Source: an uncultured Planctomycetota bacterium
GTDB lineage: Bacteria; Planctomycetota; Planctomycetia; Isosphaerales; Isosphaeraceae
Reading direction: 5' to 3'
DNA length: 64,000 nucleotides
Assembly (NCBI GenBank): GCA_963737655.1
Contig: CAVTTN010000002.1
Span: 5,632,001 to 5,696,000 of the forward strand
Shown: piece after piece, positions 45,217 through 55,930 of the stretch
How the letters are laid out: every line of letters starts with the position of its first letter
How positions within the stretch are numbered: position 1 is the first letter of the stretch
Position numbers and translations under genes: made by a program
The notes under the pieces: generated by a model
Database searches by the model: none
What the model saw: the letters and a program-made list of their open reading frames with translations, nothing else
Told to the model about the DNA's origin: nothing

Positions 45217-46368
45217 ATGTCCGGTCCGAGGCAGGTCGGGGACTGGATCGGCGACCGCTTCGAGGTCTTCGAGGTCCACCTCGGCGGCATGGGGCTGGTC
45301 TACGTCGTCCACGACCACTTCGGCGACCACGGCCCCCCCCTGGTGGCGCTGAAGACCCTCCGCGATGAGTTCCTGGGGGACGACCACCGCCGGGCCCGGT
45401 TCGACGCCGAATGCCGGCTCTGGGCGAGGCTGGGCCACCACCCGAACATCGTCCACGCCCTGGGCGTCGAGGCGATCGACGGCAAGCCCCACGTGCTGAT
45501 GGAGCTGGTCCGGGGCGGCGACCTCCGCCGCTGGATCGGCACGCCCCGGCTGGATTTGCCCCGGGCCCTGGCCTTCGGCGTCCAGTTCTGCCTGGGGCTG
45601 GAGCACGCCGTCGAGCGGGGCCTGCGGTGCCACCGCGACGTCAAGCCCGGCAACCTGTTGATCGCCGCCGACGGCACGCTGAAGCTCACCGATTTCGGCC
45701 TGGCCAGCGTCCGGGACGAGATCCTCGCCGAGGAGATCGACGACCCGGACGCCCCGATCCCCCTGGACGCCGACGAACCGGAACCCCCGCCGCCCCCCGA
45801 GCCGGCCGACCCCGAGATCTCGTTCTCCGAGGCGCCGGTCGGCGGCTCGACGATCGAGGCGAGGCCGGCGGCCGTCGCGCCTCCGCCCGAGCCCGGCTCG
45901 ACGGTGATCGACGTCCCGGGCGAGCCGGCCTCGCCGTTCCAGACGACCTTGCCCCACGACCCCGGGCCGCTCGGGCCTCCCGGCGATTCGATGAGGCTCA
46001 CGCGGACCGGGCTCATGATCGGCACCCTCCCTTACATGGCCCCCGAGCAGTTCGTGGATTCCAAGGCGGCCGACGTCCGGGCGGACATCTATGGATTCGG
46101 CGTGGTCCTCCACGAGATGATCGTCGGCGAGCTGCCGTTCCGGGGGCGGACCCTGGCCATGCTCCGCCGCCAGCACACGAGGTACGAGGCCCCCTCGGTC
46201 CGCCCGGCGATCCCCCGGAAGTTCGCCAAGGCGGCCGGGGAGGTCGAGGAGCTCGTCGCCCGCTGCCTGAGGAAGGAGCCCGACGACCGATTCCCGACGG
46301 TCCTGGCGCTCCGCAAGGCCCTGATCAAGGCCCTGAGGCGGACCGGGCCCTCCTCGAACCGGAAGTGA
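45217..46368 (+). CDS. Hanks-type Ser/Thr protein kinase
   Basis: GGMGLVY, VALK, HRDVKPGN, DFG, GTLPYMAPEQ, DIYGFG. Confidence 0.9.
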   Translation: MSGPRQVGDWIGDRFEVFEVHLGGMGLVYVVHDHFGDHGPPLVALKTLRDEFLGDDHRRARFDAECRLWARLGHHPNIVHALGVEAIDGKPHVLMELVRGGDLRRWIGTPRLDLPRALAFGVQFCLGLEHAVERGLRCHRDVKPGNLLIAADGTLKLTDFGLASVRDEILAEEIDDPDAPIPLDADEPEPPPPPEPADPEISFSEAPVGGSTIEARPAAVAPPPEPGSTVIDVPGEPASPFQTTLPHDPGPLGPPGDSMRLTRTGLMIGTLPYMAPEQFVDSKAADVRADIYGFGVVLHEMIVGELPFRGRTLAMLRRQHTRYEAPSVRPAIPRKFAKAAGEVEELVARCLRKEPDDRFPTVLALRKALIKALRRTGPSSNRK

Positions 46369-46561
46369 CCGGGGCGCGGGATATTACAGATATTCCGGCA
46401 TGCGAATTGCCGAACCTCTCCCCGATGTCCCGGATCTCGGGGCATCCCCCGCCTTCGCGGAATCCGTTCGCGGCCAGGGCCCACCGGGTCGTCGGGCCCG
46501 CGCCTCGCGATCGTCCGGGCCTCGCCCGGAGCGTCCCCGATCCGCACCAGGAGACCGATCC

Positions 46562-48202
46562 ATGAGACTCCGCCCCGCGATCGACGCCCGCCGCCCCACG
46601 CTCGCCCGCCTCCGCCGAGTGACGCTCCGCCCGGCGGTCGAATCGCTGGAAGACCGCACGGTCCTCTCGGTGGCCGTGGCGCCCCACGTCCCCCACGAGG
46701 CGGCCCTCGTCGCCGCCCCGGCGCCGACGCCCTCGCCCGCCCATCACCGGGTCGCCCCGGAGGCCGCCGCCGTCGCCCATCCCCACCGCCAGGCGAAAGC
46801 CCTCCACGCCGAGGCCGCCACGAAGAAGGCCGCCCATAAGGCCAAGACGCCCGCCGCCCACACGGCCAGGACGACCCACCACAAGACGAAGAAGGGCGCG
46901 GCGAGCACCGGCACCACCCCGGGCACCGGCACCTCGACGACGCCCACCTCGACCGCGCCCCCCGCCCCCACCGCGACTTCGACCGCGCCCACCTCGACCT
47001 CGACCGCGCCCACCTCGACCGCGCCCACCTCGACCGCGCCCACCTCGACCCCCTCGGCGACCGATCCGACGGTCCTCCAGGTGCAGCTCAACCCGATCGA
47101 CCTGAACCTCCTGGGCCTGGAGGTCAAGCTCTACGGCCAGGACGTGAACAGCCCGGTCACGGTGACCGTCTCGGCGCAGTCGGGCAGCGGGCAACTGCTG
47201 GGGAACCTGCTCTCGGACGTCTCGAACCTGGTGAACCTCCAGGGCGTGAACTCGGCCTTGAATAACGTCCTGGGCAACGTGATCACCCTGGTGGACCAGA
47301 GCGCGTTGCAAGTCAACGGCGTGACCGGCGCCACCGGATCGCCCACCAGCACCACGCCCGTGCTCGACGCGTTCGTGGCGCCCGTGCACCTGGACCTCCT
47401 CGGCGCCGTGGTGGACACCAGCCCGATCCATCTCCAGATCCTCGCCCACGCCGGCTCGGGCCTGGTCCTGGGCAACATCCTGACCGACGTGGCCAACCTC
47501 CTGAACACCCCGCCGAAGAACGGCAAGCTCACGATCAAATATGTCGAGCAGCAGCTCGGCACCCTCCTGAACGAGCTGAACGCCCAGCTCCCGAACATCC
47601 CCAGCGCCCCGACCACCCCGGTCACCCCTCCGGCCGGGACCGACCGCATCCTCAGCCTGGTCCTCCCGCCGATCAACCTGAACCTGCTCGGCCTGGTCCT
47701 CCAGACCAGCACGATCCAGGTGAACGCCGACGCGCAGTCGGGCAACGGCCAGTTGCTCGGCAACTTGCTGGTGGACGTCCTGAACACGCTGGACGCCTCG
47801 CAGAGCGACCTGGACCAGATCAACTCGGAGCTCAACGGCGTCCTGGCGAAGGTCGTCGGGGTCCTGAACGCGACGACCTTGACGCTGCCGACCGGGGCGG
47901 TCCAGGGCCTGTCGGCCCCCCTCCAGCAGCTCGCCTCGCCCACGCTGATCAACACCTCGGGCAACACCGTCCCGCCCGAGCAGGTCCTGAACCTGATCGT
48001 CGCCTCGAACACCTCCAGCGCCCCTCCGGTGGACGTGAACCTGCTGGGCGTGGTGGTGACGACCAGCAACATCCAGGCGCAGCTCCTGGCCGAGCCCGGC
48101 GACGGCCAGGTCCTGGGCAACCTCGTGTACAACGTCTCCCACCTGCTCGACCCGGGCGGCCTGCTGAGCGTCCTGACCCTGCTGAACTCGCTGAGCCTCT
48201 GA
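46562..48202 (+). CDS. Extracellular repeat protein (planctomycete LEDR motif, Thr/Pro linker, four LNLLG...GQLLGNLL repeats)
   Basis: RPAVESLEDRTVLS; (TSTAP)n linker; four homologous ~50-aa units. Confidence 0.8.
   Translation: MRLRPAIDARRPTLARLRRVTLRPAVESLEDRTVLSVAVAPHVPHEAALVAAPAPTPSPAHHRVAPEAAAVAHPHRQAKALHAEAATKKAAHKAKTPAAHTARTTHHKTKKGAASTGTTPGTGTSTTPTSTAPPAPTATSTAPTSTSTAPTSTAPTSTAPTSTPSATDPTVLQVQLNPIDLNLLGLEVKLYGQDVNSPVTVTVSAQSGSGQLLGNLLSDVSNLVNLQGVNSALNNVLGNVITLVDQSALQVNGVTGATGSPTSTTPVLDAFVAPVHLDLLGAVVDTSPIHLQILAHAGSGLVLGNILTDVANLLNTPPKNGKLTIKYVEQQLGTLLNELNAQLPNIPSAPTTPVTPPAGTDRILSLVLPPINLNLLGLVLQTSTIQVNADAQSGNGQLLGNLLVDVLNTLDASQSDLDQINSELNGVLAKVVGVLNATTLTLPTGAVQGLSAPLQQLASPTLINTSGNTVPPEQVLNLIVASNTSSAPPVDVNLLGVVVTTSNIQAQLLAEPGDGQVLGNLVYNVSHLLDPGGLLSVLTLLNSLSL
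46944..47050 (+). repeat. Coding 15-bp tandem repeat (CCCACCTCGACCGCG; TSTAP)
   Basis: Several near-perfect copies visible in the linker. Confidence 0.75.
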
Positions 48203-48310
48203 GGGCCGCCCCCCTGCCCTTCCCGGGCCGGTCCGTGCGATACTGCGACGAGGCGGCGCCTCGACGAAGGCGCCGCCTCGTCCCGCCCGATCGCCCCGGA
48301 CCCGCCCCGA

Positions 48311-49393
48311 ATGCTCTTCCTCCTCCGCCTGATGCTCGCCCGGACCCTCTTCCACCCGTTGGAAGGCGTGACCTTCGGCCGATGGCTCCGCCTCCTCCGC
48401 CGCGAGCGGTTCCGCGTCTCCCCGTCGTGCGTCCCCAGGGCGCTCTGGGTGACCGCCATGAGCCTGGTCAACTCCCCGGCGGCCCGCGCCGTCGACCGGA
48501 GGTTCGGCCGCGAGATCGACGCTGCTCACGTCGAGGCGCCGATCTTCATCCTCGGCCATTACCGGAGCGGGACGACCTATCTCCATGAGCTGATGGCCAC
48601 CGACCCGAGGTTCGCCTCGCCTTCGCGCTTCCAGACCTACAACCCCAGCACCTTCCTCGCCACCGAGCGATGGCTCGGCCCGATCGTCGAGCCGTTCATG
48701 CTGCCCCGGAGGGTCCAGGAAGACGAGATCGCCCCGTTGAACCTCGGCGGCCTCTCGCCCTACATGGACTGGTGCTTCCCCGATAGCCCCGTTGGTTATG
48801 AACGCTTCCTCACATTCGGCGACGCCTCGCCCGAGGAGCGCGCCGAGTGGTCGGCCGAGTTCTCGCGATTCCTGAAGATGCTCACGATCCGACATCGCAG
48901 GCCGTTGATCCTGAAATCGCCGCCGCACACCGCGAGGGCCGGCCTCCTCCTGGACCTCTTCCCCGACGCCCGGTTCGTCCACATCCGCCGAGACCCGTTC
49001 GCCGTGTTCGTCTCGACGATCGGCCTCCTCAAGGCCCTCCGCCCGGTCTTCCAGCTCCGAAGGTGGCCGAGGGAGATCGACGTGGACGCGGTCCTGAAGA
49101 CGTATCGAGTCATGTACGACTCCTATTTCCAGGATCGCGAGCGCATCCCGCCCCGCCAGCTCGTGGAGATCGCCTACGAGGACCTGGAGCGCGACCCGAT
49201 CGGCCAACTGAGGGTCATCTACGACGGCCTCGCCCTGCCCGACTTCGAGGCCGTCCGCCCGGCGATCGAGGCGTATATCGCCTCGATCGCCGGATACCAG
49301 AAGAACCGGCACCCGAAGATCGACGACGCCACGAGAAGGCGAATCGTCGCCGCCTGGTCCCGCACCTTCGACGAATGGGGCTACCCGCGATGA
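48311..49393 (+). CDS. Sulfotransferase family protein
   Basis: PIFILGHYRSGTT (PAPS-binding loop), LKSPPHTAR, FPDARFVHIRRDP, YEDL. Confidence 0.87.
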   Translation: MLFLLRLMLARTLFHPLEGVTFGRWLRLLRRERFRVSPSCVPRALWVTAMSLVNSPAARAVDRRFGREIDAAHVEAPIFILGHYRSGTTYLHELMATDPRFASPSRFQTYNPSTFLATERWLGPIVEPFMLPRRVQEDEIAPLNLGGLSPYMDWCFPDSPVGYERFLTFGDASPEERAEWSAEFSRFLKMLTIRHRRPLILKSPPHTARAGLLLDLFPDARFVHIRRDPFAVFVSTIGLLKALRPVFQLRRWPREIDVDAVLKTYRVMYDSYFQDRERIPPRQLVEIAYEDLERDPIGQLRVIYDGLALPDFEAVRPAIEAYIASIAGYQKNRHPKIDDATRRRIVAAWSRTFDEWGYPR

Positions 49394-49400
49394 TCGAGGG

Positions 49401-50009
49401 TCAGGCCCGAGGGGTCAGAGCCTCGACCACATCGACAGAGAAGCCCGGGAGCAAGGCCGACTCGATCCGCCCGCCCCGCTCCGCCTCGCCATACGCGCCG
49501 CCTTCGAGCCTCAGGACGCTGATCCCGCCCATCATCGGGTCGATAATCCAGCACTCGGGGATGCCGGCGCGGGCATACTCCGAGCGCTTCACCTCCAAAT
49601 CGTGGCGGCGGTCCTCGCTGACGACCTCGATGACCAGGTCCGCCCCCTCCCAGAACTGCTCGCCCATCCTCTTGGCGTGTTCGGAGAGCATGAAGAAGAC
49701 GTCGGGCTCGCGGTACTTGCCGGGCCAGAGCCGGACCTTCATCCCCGCGATCAACGTGGTGCCCAGGCCCCTCGGGACGGCGAACGCCTTCAGCGACTCA
49801 TAGAGGAATAGCAAGATCATCTGATGAGTCATCATCGGCATGGGGAGGACCTCGACGAAGCCGTCCGAGAACTCGATCAGGCGATTCGTCCGGGCGCTCA
49901 GGGTGAAGTATTCCTCTTCGCTCCAGTGACCCTGGTTCGGGTAGAGCCGCGCGATCTCCCACGCCGGCTCGCCGAGGGTCCGGGTCGTCCGGTCCGGTGC
50001 GATGCTCAT
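49401..50009 (-). CDS. Uma2-family endonuclease-like protein
   Basis: IEFSDG..EVLPMP..HQ, REPDV, ADLVIEVVS, KRSEYARAGIPECWIIDP. Confidence 0.9.
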   Translation of the reverse strand: MSIAPDRTTRTLGEPAWEIARLYPNQGHWSEEEYFTLSARTNRLIEFSDGFVEVLPMPMMTHQMILLFLYESLKAFAVPRGLGTTLIAGMKVRLWPGKYREPDVFFMLSEHAKRMGEQFWEGADLVIEVVSEDRRHDLEVKRSEYARAGIPECWIIDPMMGGISVLRLEGGAYGEAERGGRIESALLPGFSVDVVEALTPRA

Positions 50010-50073
50010 CAGCCTTCCCCCTCGAACGAGGCGGGCCGGGCGGTCGGGCCCGGCCCACTTCGTCGATCGATGT

Positions 50074-51967
<1,894 letters not shown>

Positions 51968-51968
51968 C

Positions 51969-52235
51969 TCATCCCCCTCGCAACTCGTCGGACAGGGACC
52001 GGCCGAGGTAGTCGTCATGCCTCTCCGCCGCGTCGGGGACGTCCGAATCGACCGCGCCGATCCACTTCAGGAGCGGGTCTCGATCCGCCTCCGGGCGACC
52101 GGCCGACCCCTTCGCGACCGAATCTTCCAGGTACTGGGCCGCCAGGGCCTCGGGCGTGGTCCCCTCCCGGCTCGACTCGCGACGGAGGCGCTCGAAGAGG
52201 TCGTCGGGGACCTCGATGGTCAAGGTCGCTGACAT
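51969..52235 (-). CDS. Putative antitoxin (RHH-like), VapB position
   Basis: MSATLTIEVPDDLFERL...DPLLKWIG...AERHDDYL; immediately upstream of the PIN gene. Confidence 0.8.
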   Translation of the reverse strand: MSATLTIEVPDDLFERLRRESSREGTTPEALAAQYLEDSVAKGSAGRPEADRDPLLKWIGAVDSDVPDAAERHDDYLGRSLSDELRGG

Positions 52236-52305
52236 GTCCACGTCCCCGCTCGGGCCATCAATCCCTCGAAGAGCGTACACGGCCCGACCCGAAGCGTCCA
52301 GGCCC

Positions 52306-53052
52306 TCACCCCCCGGCGATCACCTCGCGCCACCGGCGGGGGACGGCCTCCCACGCCGCCGAATACGTCGCTTCCAACGGCGCCGGGACCCACGCGCCGG
52401 GCCGGAGGAACAGGGGCATCGGCGGCAGGACGTCCCCCACCGCGATCGGCTCGACGAACGCCCGGAGCGACGGCCCCGACTCATACGCCGCCACGGTCAA
52501 CGGCTGGTCGATCGGGGCCAGATACGCCTCCCCGGCCACGTCGTCCCAGATCCGCCCGTGAATCCCCTGAGGGTCTCGCGACGACGGCGGCTGCAAGTCC
52601 ACAATCAACAAGTGAACACCGATCGACAGAATCCTCGCCGCCTTCGTGACGAAATCGTCCATCGCCTGACGGCTCGGCTTGTTCCCCCGGGAGACGATCT
52701 CCACCACGGCCACCAGCTCATGCCCCGAGGCATGCCGGACGGCCACCACGTTCTGCTTCCTCCGATAGAATTCCAGGTCGGATTCCGCCCGAATCCGGGC
52801 CTGGGGCTCGGCCAAGCAGAGCGTCCCGCCCGCTACCGGCCGGGGATCGGGGTCCGAAGGGCCGTCCGAGTTCCTCCGAAGGCGAAAGGCTCCGAAATCG
52901 GCGGCGAAGACCGAGCCGAGCCGCTCGGCCATCGCATAGTGATCTGCAGGCAGGAGTCCGCCATTCAGGGCGCGGAGGATCGCCACGGACCACGAGAGGC
53001 GGAAGCCATGGAAGACCCCCGCATCAACTCGCGACCAATCATGGACCGGCAT
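52306..53052 (-). CDS. DUF4058-like protein (PD-(D/E)xK-like, common in planctomycetes)
   Basis: MPVHDWSRVDAGVFH.F, VAVVEIVSRGNK, GVHLLIVDL, LPPMPLFL...PLEATY..AW. Confidence 0.8.
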   Translation of the reverse strand: MPVHDWSRVDAGVFHGFRLSWSVAILRALNGGLLPADHYAMAERLGSVFAADFGAFRLRRNSDGPSDPDPRPVAGGTLCLAEPQARIRAESDLEFYRRKQNVVAVRHASGHELVAVVEIVSRGNKPSRQAMDDFVTKAARILSIGVHLLIVDLQPPSSRDPQGIHGRIWDDVAGEAYLAPIDQPLTVAAYESGPSLRAFVEPIAVGDVLPPMPLFLRPGAWVPAPLEATYSAAWEAVPRRWREVIAGG

Positions 53053-53164
53053 GGAAGACCTCCGAAAACCCCGCCCCCGGGCCGCCCCTCGGCCATTGTA
53101 CCGGACGCCTCGGCGGCGGTCGTCGGGCCGGGCCTCGCGATCCTAGTAATCCGCCCGATTTCGC

Positions 53165-53194
53165 TTGACGGCCCCTTCGACGGCCCCTTAACAT
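53165..53194 (+). promoter_or_regulatory. Possible sigma70 promoter overlapping an 11-bp direct repeat
   Basis: TTGACG-N18-TAACAT; GACGGCCCCTT occurs twice within it. Confidence 0.35.
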
Positions 53195-53280
53195 CCAAAT
53201 CCGTCGATCGCCGTTGCGTCCGGTCGGGGCCTGGCCATCAGGGGCCGCCGACCATGCATGAAGGGGGACCGGGATCGCCC

Positions 53281-53775
53281 ATGAGGACGTGCCTGCGCCT
53301 GGGATCGCTCGGCTTCCTGGCCGTCTCGGTCGCGTGCTTGGTCCTGGGGGTCCGCGCCTCGGCCCGGGGCCGAGACCCGGGCTTGCCTTCGCTCCGGCTC
53401 CGCGAAGGGGTGAGGAACTTCGGCCAGTTGCCCGAGGGCGGCAAGATGCGCCTGGCGTTCCGCCTGATCAACGAGGGGGACGTCCCTCGCCACGTCCTGG
53501 GGGCCGGCGCCTCCTGCGGCAATCTTGGATGCGTCGGGCTGCGCTCGCCTGCCAGCTTCCGATTCGAGGTCCCGCCGCGGAGTCATCGCGACCTCGAGGT
53601 CGAGGTCACCGCCCGCAAGGCTGGCGCGCTGGAGGAATCCATGGCGCTGTTCACCGACGATCCCGGGCAATTCGAGGTCCGGCTGACCGTCCGGGGCCGG
53701 GTGGTCCCCGCCTCGGCCCAGGGCCCCGGCCCCCTGTCTCTCTCCGTCGCCCCGGGAGCGAACCCGTCGGGCTGA
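53281..53775 (+). CDS. DUF1573-like Ig-fold exported protein
   Basis: Signal/TM; NFGQL....RLAFRLINEG....VLGAGASCGNLGC; FTDDP. Confidence 0.7.
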   Translation: MRTCLRLGSLGFLAVSVACLVLGVRASARGRDPGLPSLRLREGVRNFGQLPEGGKMRLAFRLINEGDVPRHVLGAGASCGNLGCVGLRSPASFRFEVPPRSHRDLEVEVTARKAGALEESMALFTDDPGQFEVRLTVRGRVVPASAQGPGPLSLSVAPGANPSG

Positions 53776-53825
53776 CCGGCCGGACCGAATCCGACCCGAC
53801 CTCGAACCGATCCCAGGCCTCATCG

Positions 53826-54902
53826 ATGTCCCACCTCGCCTTGTTGCTGATGATCGCCGCCTCCCCTCAAGACCCGGCCCCCGAGCCTCAGGGCCATCCG
53901 GTGGGCGCCGAGGAGGCGCGCCGGGTCGAGGCCGAGTTCGTCCGGGGGATCGGGCGCGTGGAGGCGTTCTTCTCCCAGGTCGTCGGCTCGGGCACGTTCC
54001 GCGAGTTCAACCGGCCGGTCCAGGGGCCGAGGGGGAACCGGGTGCCCGTCCCGGGCGCCCCGGAGACGCTCCGGACTTCGTTCGTGCTCGACTACTGGTA
54101 CCGAGGCGAGCTGAGGAAGAGGGTGCTGAGGCCCCGGCCGCCGGCCCCGGGCGCCCCGGCGTCGAAGTCGCGGATCTTGATCGAATGCTCCGGCCCCCGC
54201 TACTCCTTCTGGCTCCACAAGAGCCCCGAGGACGGCTCGCTGACGATCCGGGGCGTCGGCCGGGGGGACGACATCACCGAGGTCTTCCGCAGGAGCGTCC
54301 TCGAGAAGACCAACGGCCCGTTCGCCGTCGGCGGGATCGCCTTCTCGGAGGTCATGGCCGACCCCAGCTTCGGCTTCAAGGCGGTCGAGACGCTCGACGG
54401 CGAGCCGGTGCGATACAAGATCTCCTATCGATTCCACCCGGAGGGGAAGCTGGTCTATCGCGACGGCTGGGTCGTCGTCCGGCCGGACCGGAACTGGTCG
54501 ATCCAGTCCTTCGGCCTGGAGGCCGACCGGCCCGCCGACGGCAAGCGCCTCACGGATTACATGCGAGGCGAGACCGAATACGGGCCCGTCCAGGACGGCT
54601 TCGCCCTGCCCACGAAGACGAACATCCTGACCATGGGGATGCTCCGCCGGGAGTTCGTCTTCGACGCGATCCGCCACGAGGTGCTGCCCGATCGCGAGTT
54701 CACCCTGTCGGCCTACGGCCTGCCCGAGCCCGACGCCCCGGCGGCGAGGCCGTCGAGGCGTCCGGGCGCCTCGACCCCGTACTTCGCGGCGGCCACGGCC
54801 TCGCTCGCGGTCGCTTTGCTCCTGGCCTGGCAAGCCCATCGGATCGGGCCCCGCAAGCCCCCGGAACCGATCGCCTCGCTCGCCTCCGGGGCCGGGGCCT
54901 GA
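53826..54902 (+). CDS. Exported hypothetical protein with C-terminal TM
   Basis: MSHLALLLMIAA signal; EFTLSAYGLPEP; C-terminal hydrophobic anchor. Confidence 0.7.
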   Translation: MSHLALLLMIAASPQDPAPEPQGHPVGAEEARRVEAEFVRGIGRVEAFFSQVVGSGTFREFNRPVQGPRGNRVPVPGAPETLRTSFVLDYWYRGELRKRVLRPRPPAPGAPASKSRILIECSGPRYSFWLHKSPEDGSLTIRGVGRGDDITEVFRRSVLEKTNGPFAVGGIAFSEVMADPSFGFKAVETLDGEPVRYKISYRFHPEGKLVYRDGWVVVRPDRNWSIQSFGLEADRPADGKRLTDYMRGETEYGPVQDGFALPTKTNILTMGMLRREFVFDAIRHEVLPDREFTLSAYGLPEPDAPAARPSRRPGASTPYFAAATASLAVALLLAWQAHRIGPRKPPEPIASLASGAGA

Positions 54903-54925
54903 TCACCTGAACGCTTTTTGCCTTC

Positions 54926-54985
54926 GTAGGTCAGGCCTCGGCCTGCCGTCTCGGGGCCAGCTCGGCAGGCCGAGGCCTGCCCTAC
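54926..54985. repeat. GTAG-type REP doublet (GTAGGkCAGGCCTCGGCCTGCC family)
   Basis: Inverted pair flanked by T and A runs; could also act as a terminator. Confidence 0.85.
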
Positions 54986-55016
54986 GAAAAAAAAGCGCTC
55001 GGACTAACCGGCTCGG

Positions 55017-55256
55017 CCGGGTGGCATGCTTACGTCCGTGTCACGCGACACGAAGTTATACCCCCTGAATTGTTCGACAATTTCAAGGGCCTTCGGACGC
55101 AACCGACGATTTTTCAAGCGTTTATACAAAGAAACGCCTGAAAATACAATCGCGGCGCGGGGGTATAACTTCGTGTCGCGTGACATCCGCGTGAGCATGT
55201 CTTCGGCGTCACCGAGGAATCTCGGGCATGCTTACGCGGACGTAAGCATGCCACCC
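55017..55256. repeat. REP-like doublet (GGGTGGCATGCTTACG-TCCG-CGTAAGCATG family), left unit interrupted by a MITE
   Basis: Same units as at 61905-61992. Confidence 0.85.
55039..55185. mobile_element. 147-bp MITE (non-autonomous IS derivative)
   Basis: Perfect 27-bp TIRs TGTCACGCGACACGAAGTTATACCCCC / GGGGGTATAACTTCGTGTCGCGTGACA; 4-bp direct repeat TCCG at 55035-55038 and 55186-55189; AT-rich core. Confidence 0.9.
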
Positions 55257-55325
55257 AAACGGCGCTCCCCTTGCTCGGCCTGGTGGCCGGGGGCTTCATC
55301 TTCCGCCGCCGAGCCGCCCGCGAGG

Positions 55326-55532
55326 TCACGGCCTCGGACGAGACAGGGCGCGGGACTCGTACCGGATGAGCTCTTCTTTCATCTCGTTGATGAGCCTCCG
55401 GAGCGAGCGGAGGGTCAGCCTTCGGGCCTCGGTCATCGGGCCTGGCTTTTCGGCGTTGAGCCGGTATCGCTCTTCGAGGAGCCGGAGCTTCTCGCGGGTG
55501 TTCTCGGCCTGTTGATGGTTTTCCAGGGTCAT
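55326..55532 (-). CDS. Small helical protein, putative antitoxin
   Basis: ATGA-coupled to the upstream nucleotidyltransferase-like gene. Confidence 0.65.
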   Translation of the reverse strand: MTLENHQQAENTREKLRLLEERYRLNAEKPGPMTEARRLTLRSLRRLINEMKEELIRYESRALSRPRP

Positions 55533-55930
55533 AGGATCACCTCGACCACGCCTTTGGGGACGTCCTGGCGGTCGGTGGCGAAGATGCGTTCGATGAGGAA
55601 CATGAAGTCATCTTCCTCCAGTCGTTCGACCTGAAGGAACGGCAAGCCGTCTTCGAATTCTCGCTCAAGGTCGGGATCGGACGCGTAATCCGAGGGGATC
55701 AACAGGGCGCAATCCACGTCGTTGGGCTCGGGCGTCTCGGTGGTGAAGCTGCCGTTGATGACCAGCCTCATCGCTCCGGCCCGCCTGGCCAGGTCCACGA
55801 GCCAATCCAGCGACTCGGACTGGACGCGGCGCAGCTCCGTCTCGCGGCCGAATCGTTCCTTCACCTCAACGAGGGTGGCGCGGTGGATTCCGGGCGGCAG
55901 ATAGCCCCGCTCGTCGAACGGCGGAATCAT
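55529..55930 (-). CDS. DUF6932-like minimal nucleotidyltransferase-fold protein
   Basis: MIPPFDERGYLPPGIH, INGSFTT...PNDVD (GS..DxD), PKGVVEV. Confidence 0.78.
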   Translation of the reverse strand: MIPPFDERGYLPPGIHRATLVEVKERFGRETELRRVQSESLDWLVDLARRAGAMRLVINGSFTTETPEPNDVDCALLIPSDYASDPDLEREFEDGLPFLQVERLEEDDFMFLIERIFATDRQDVPKGVVEVIL

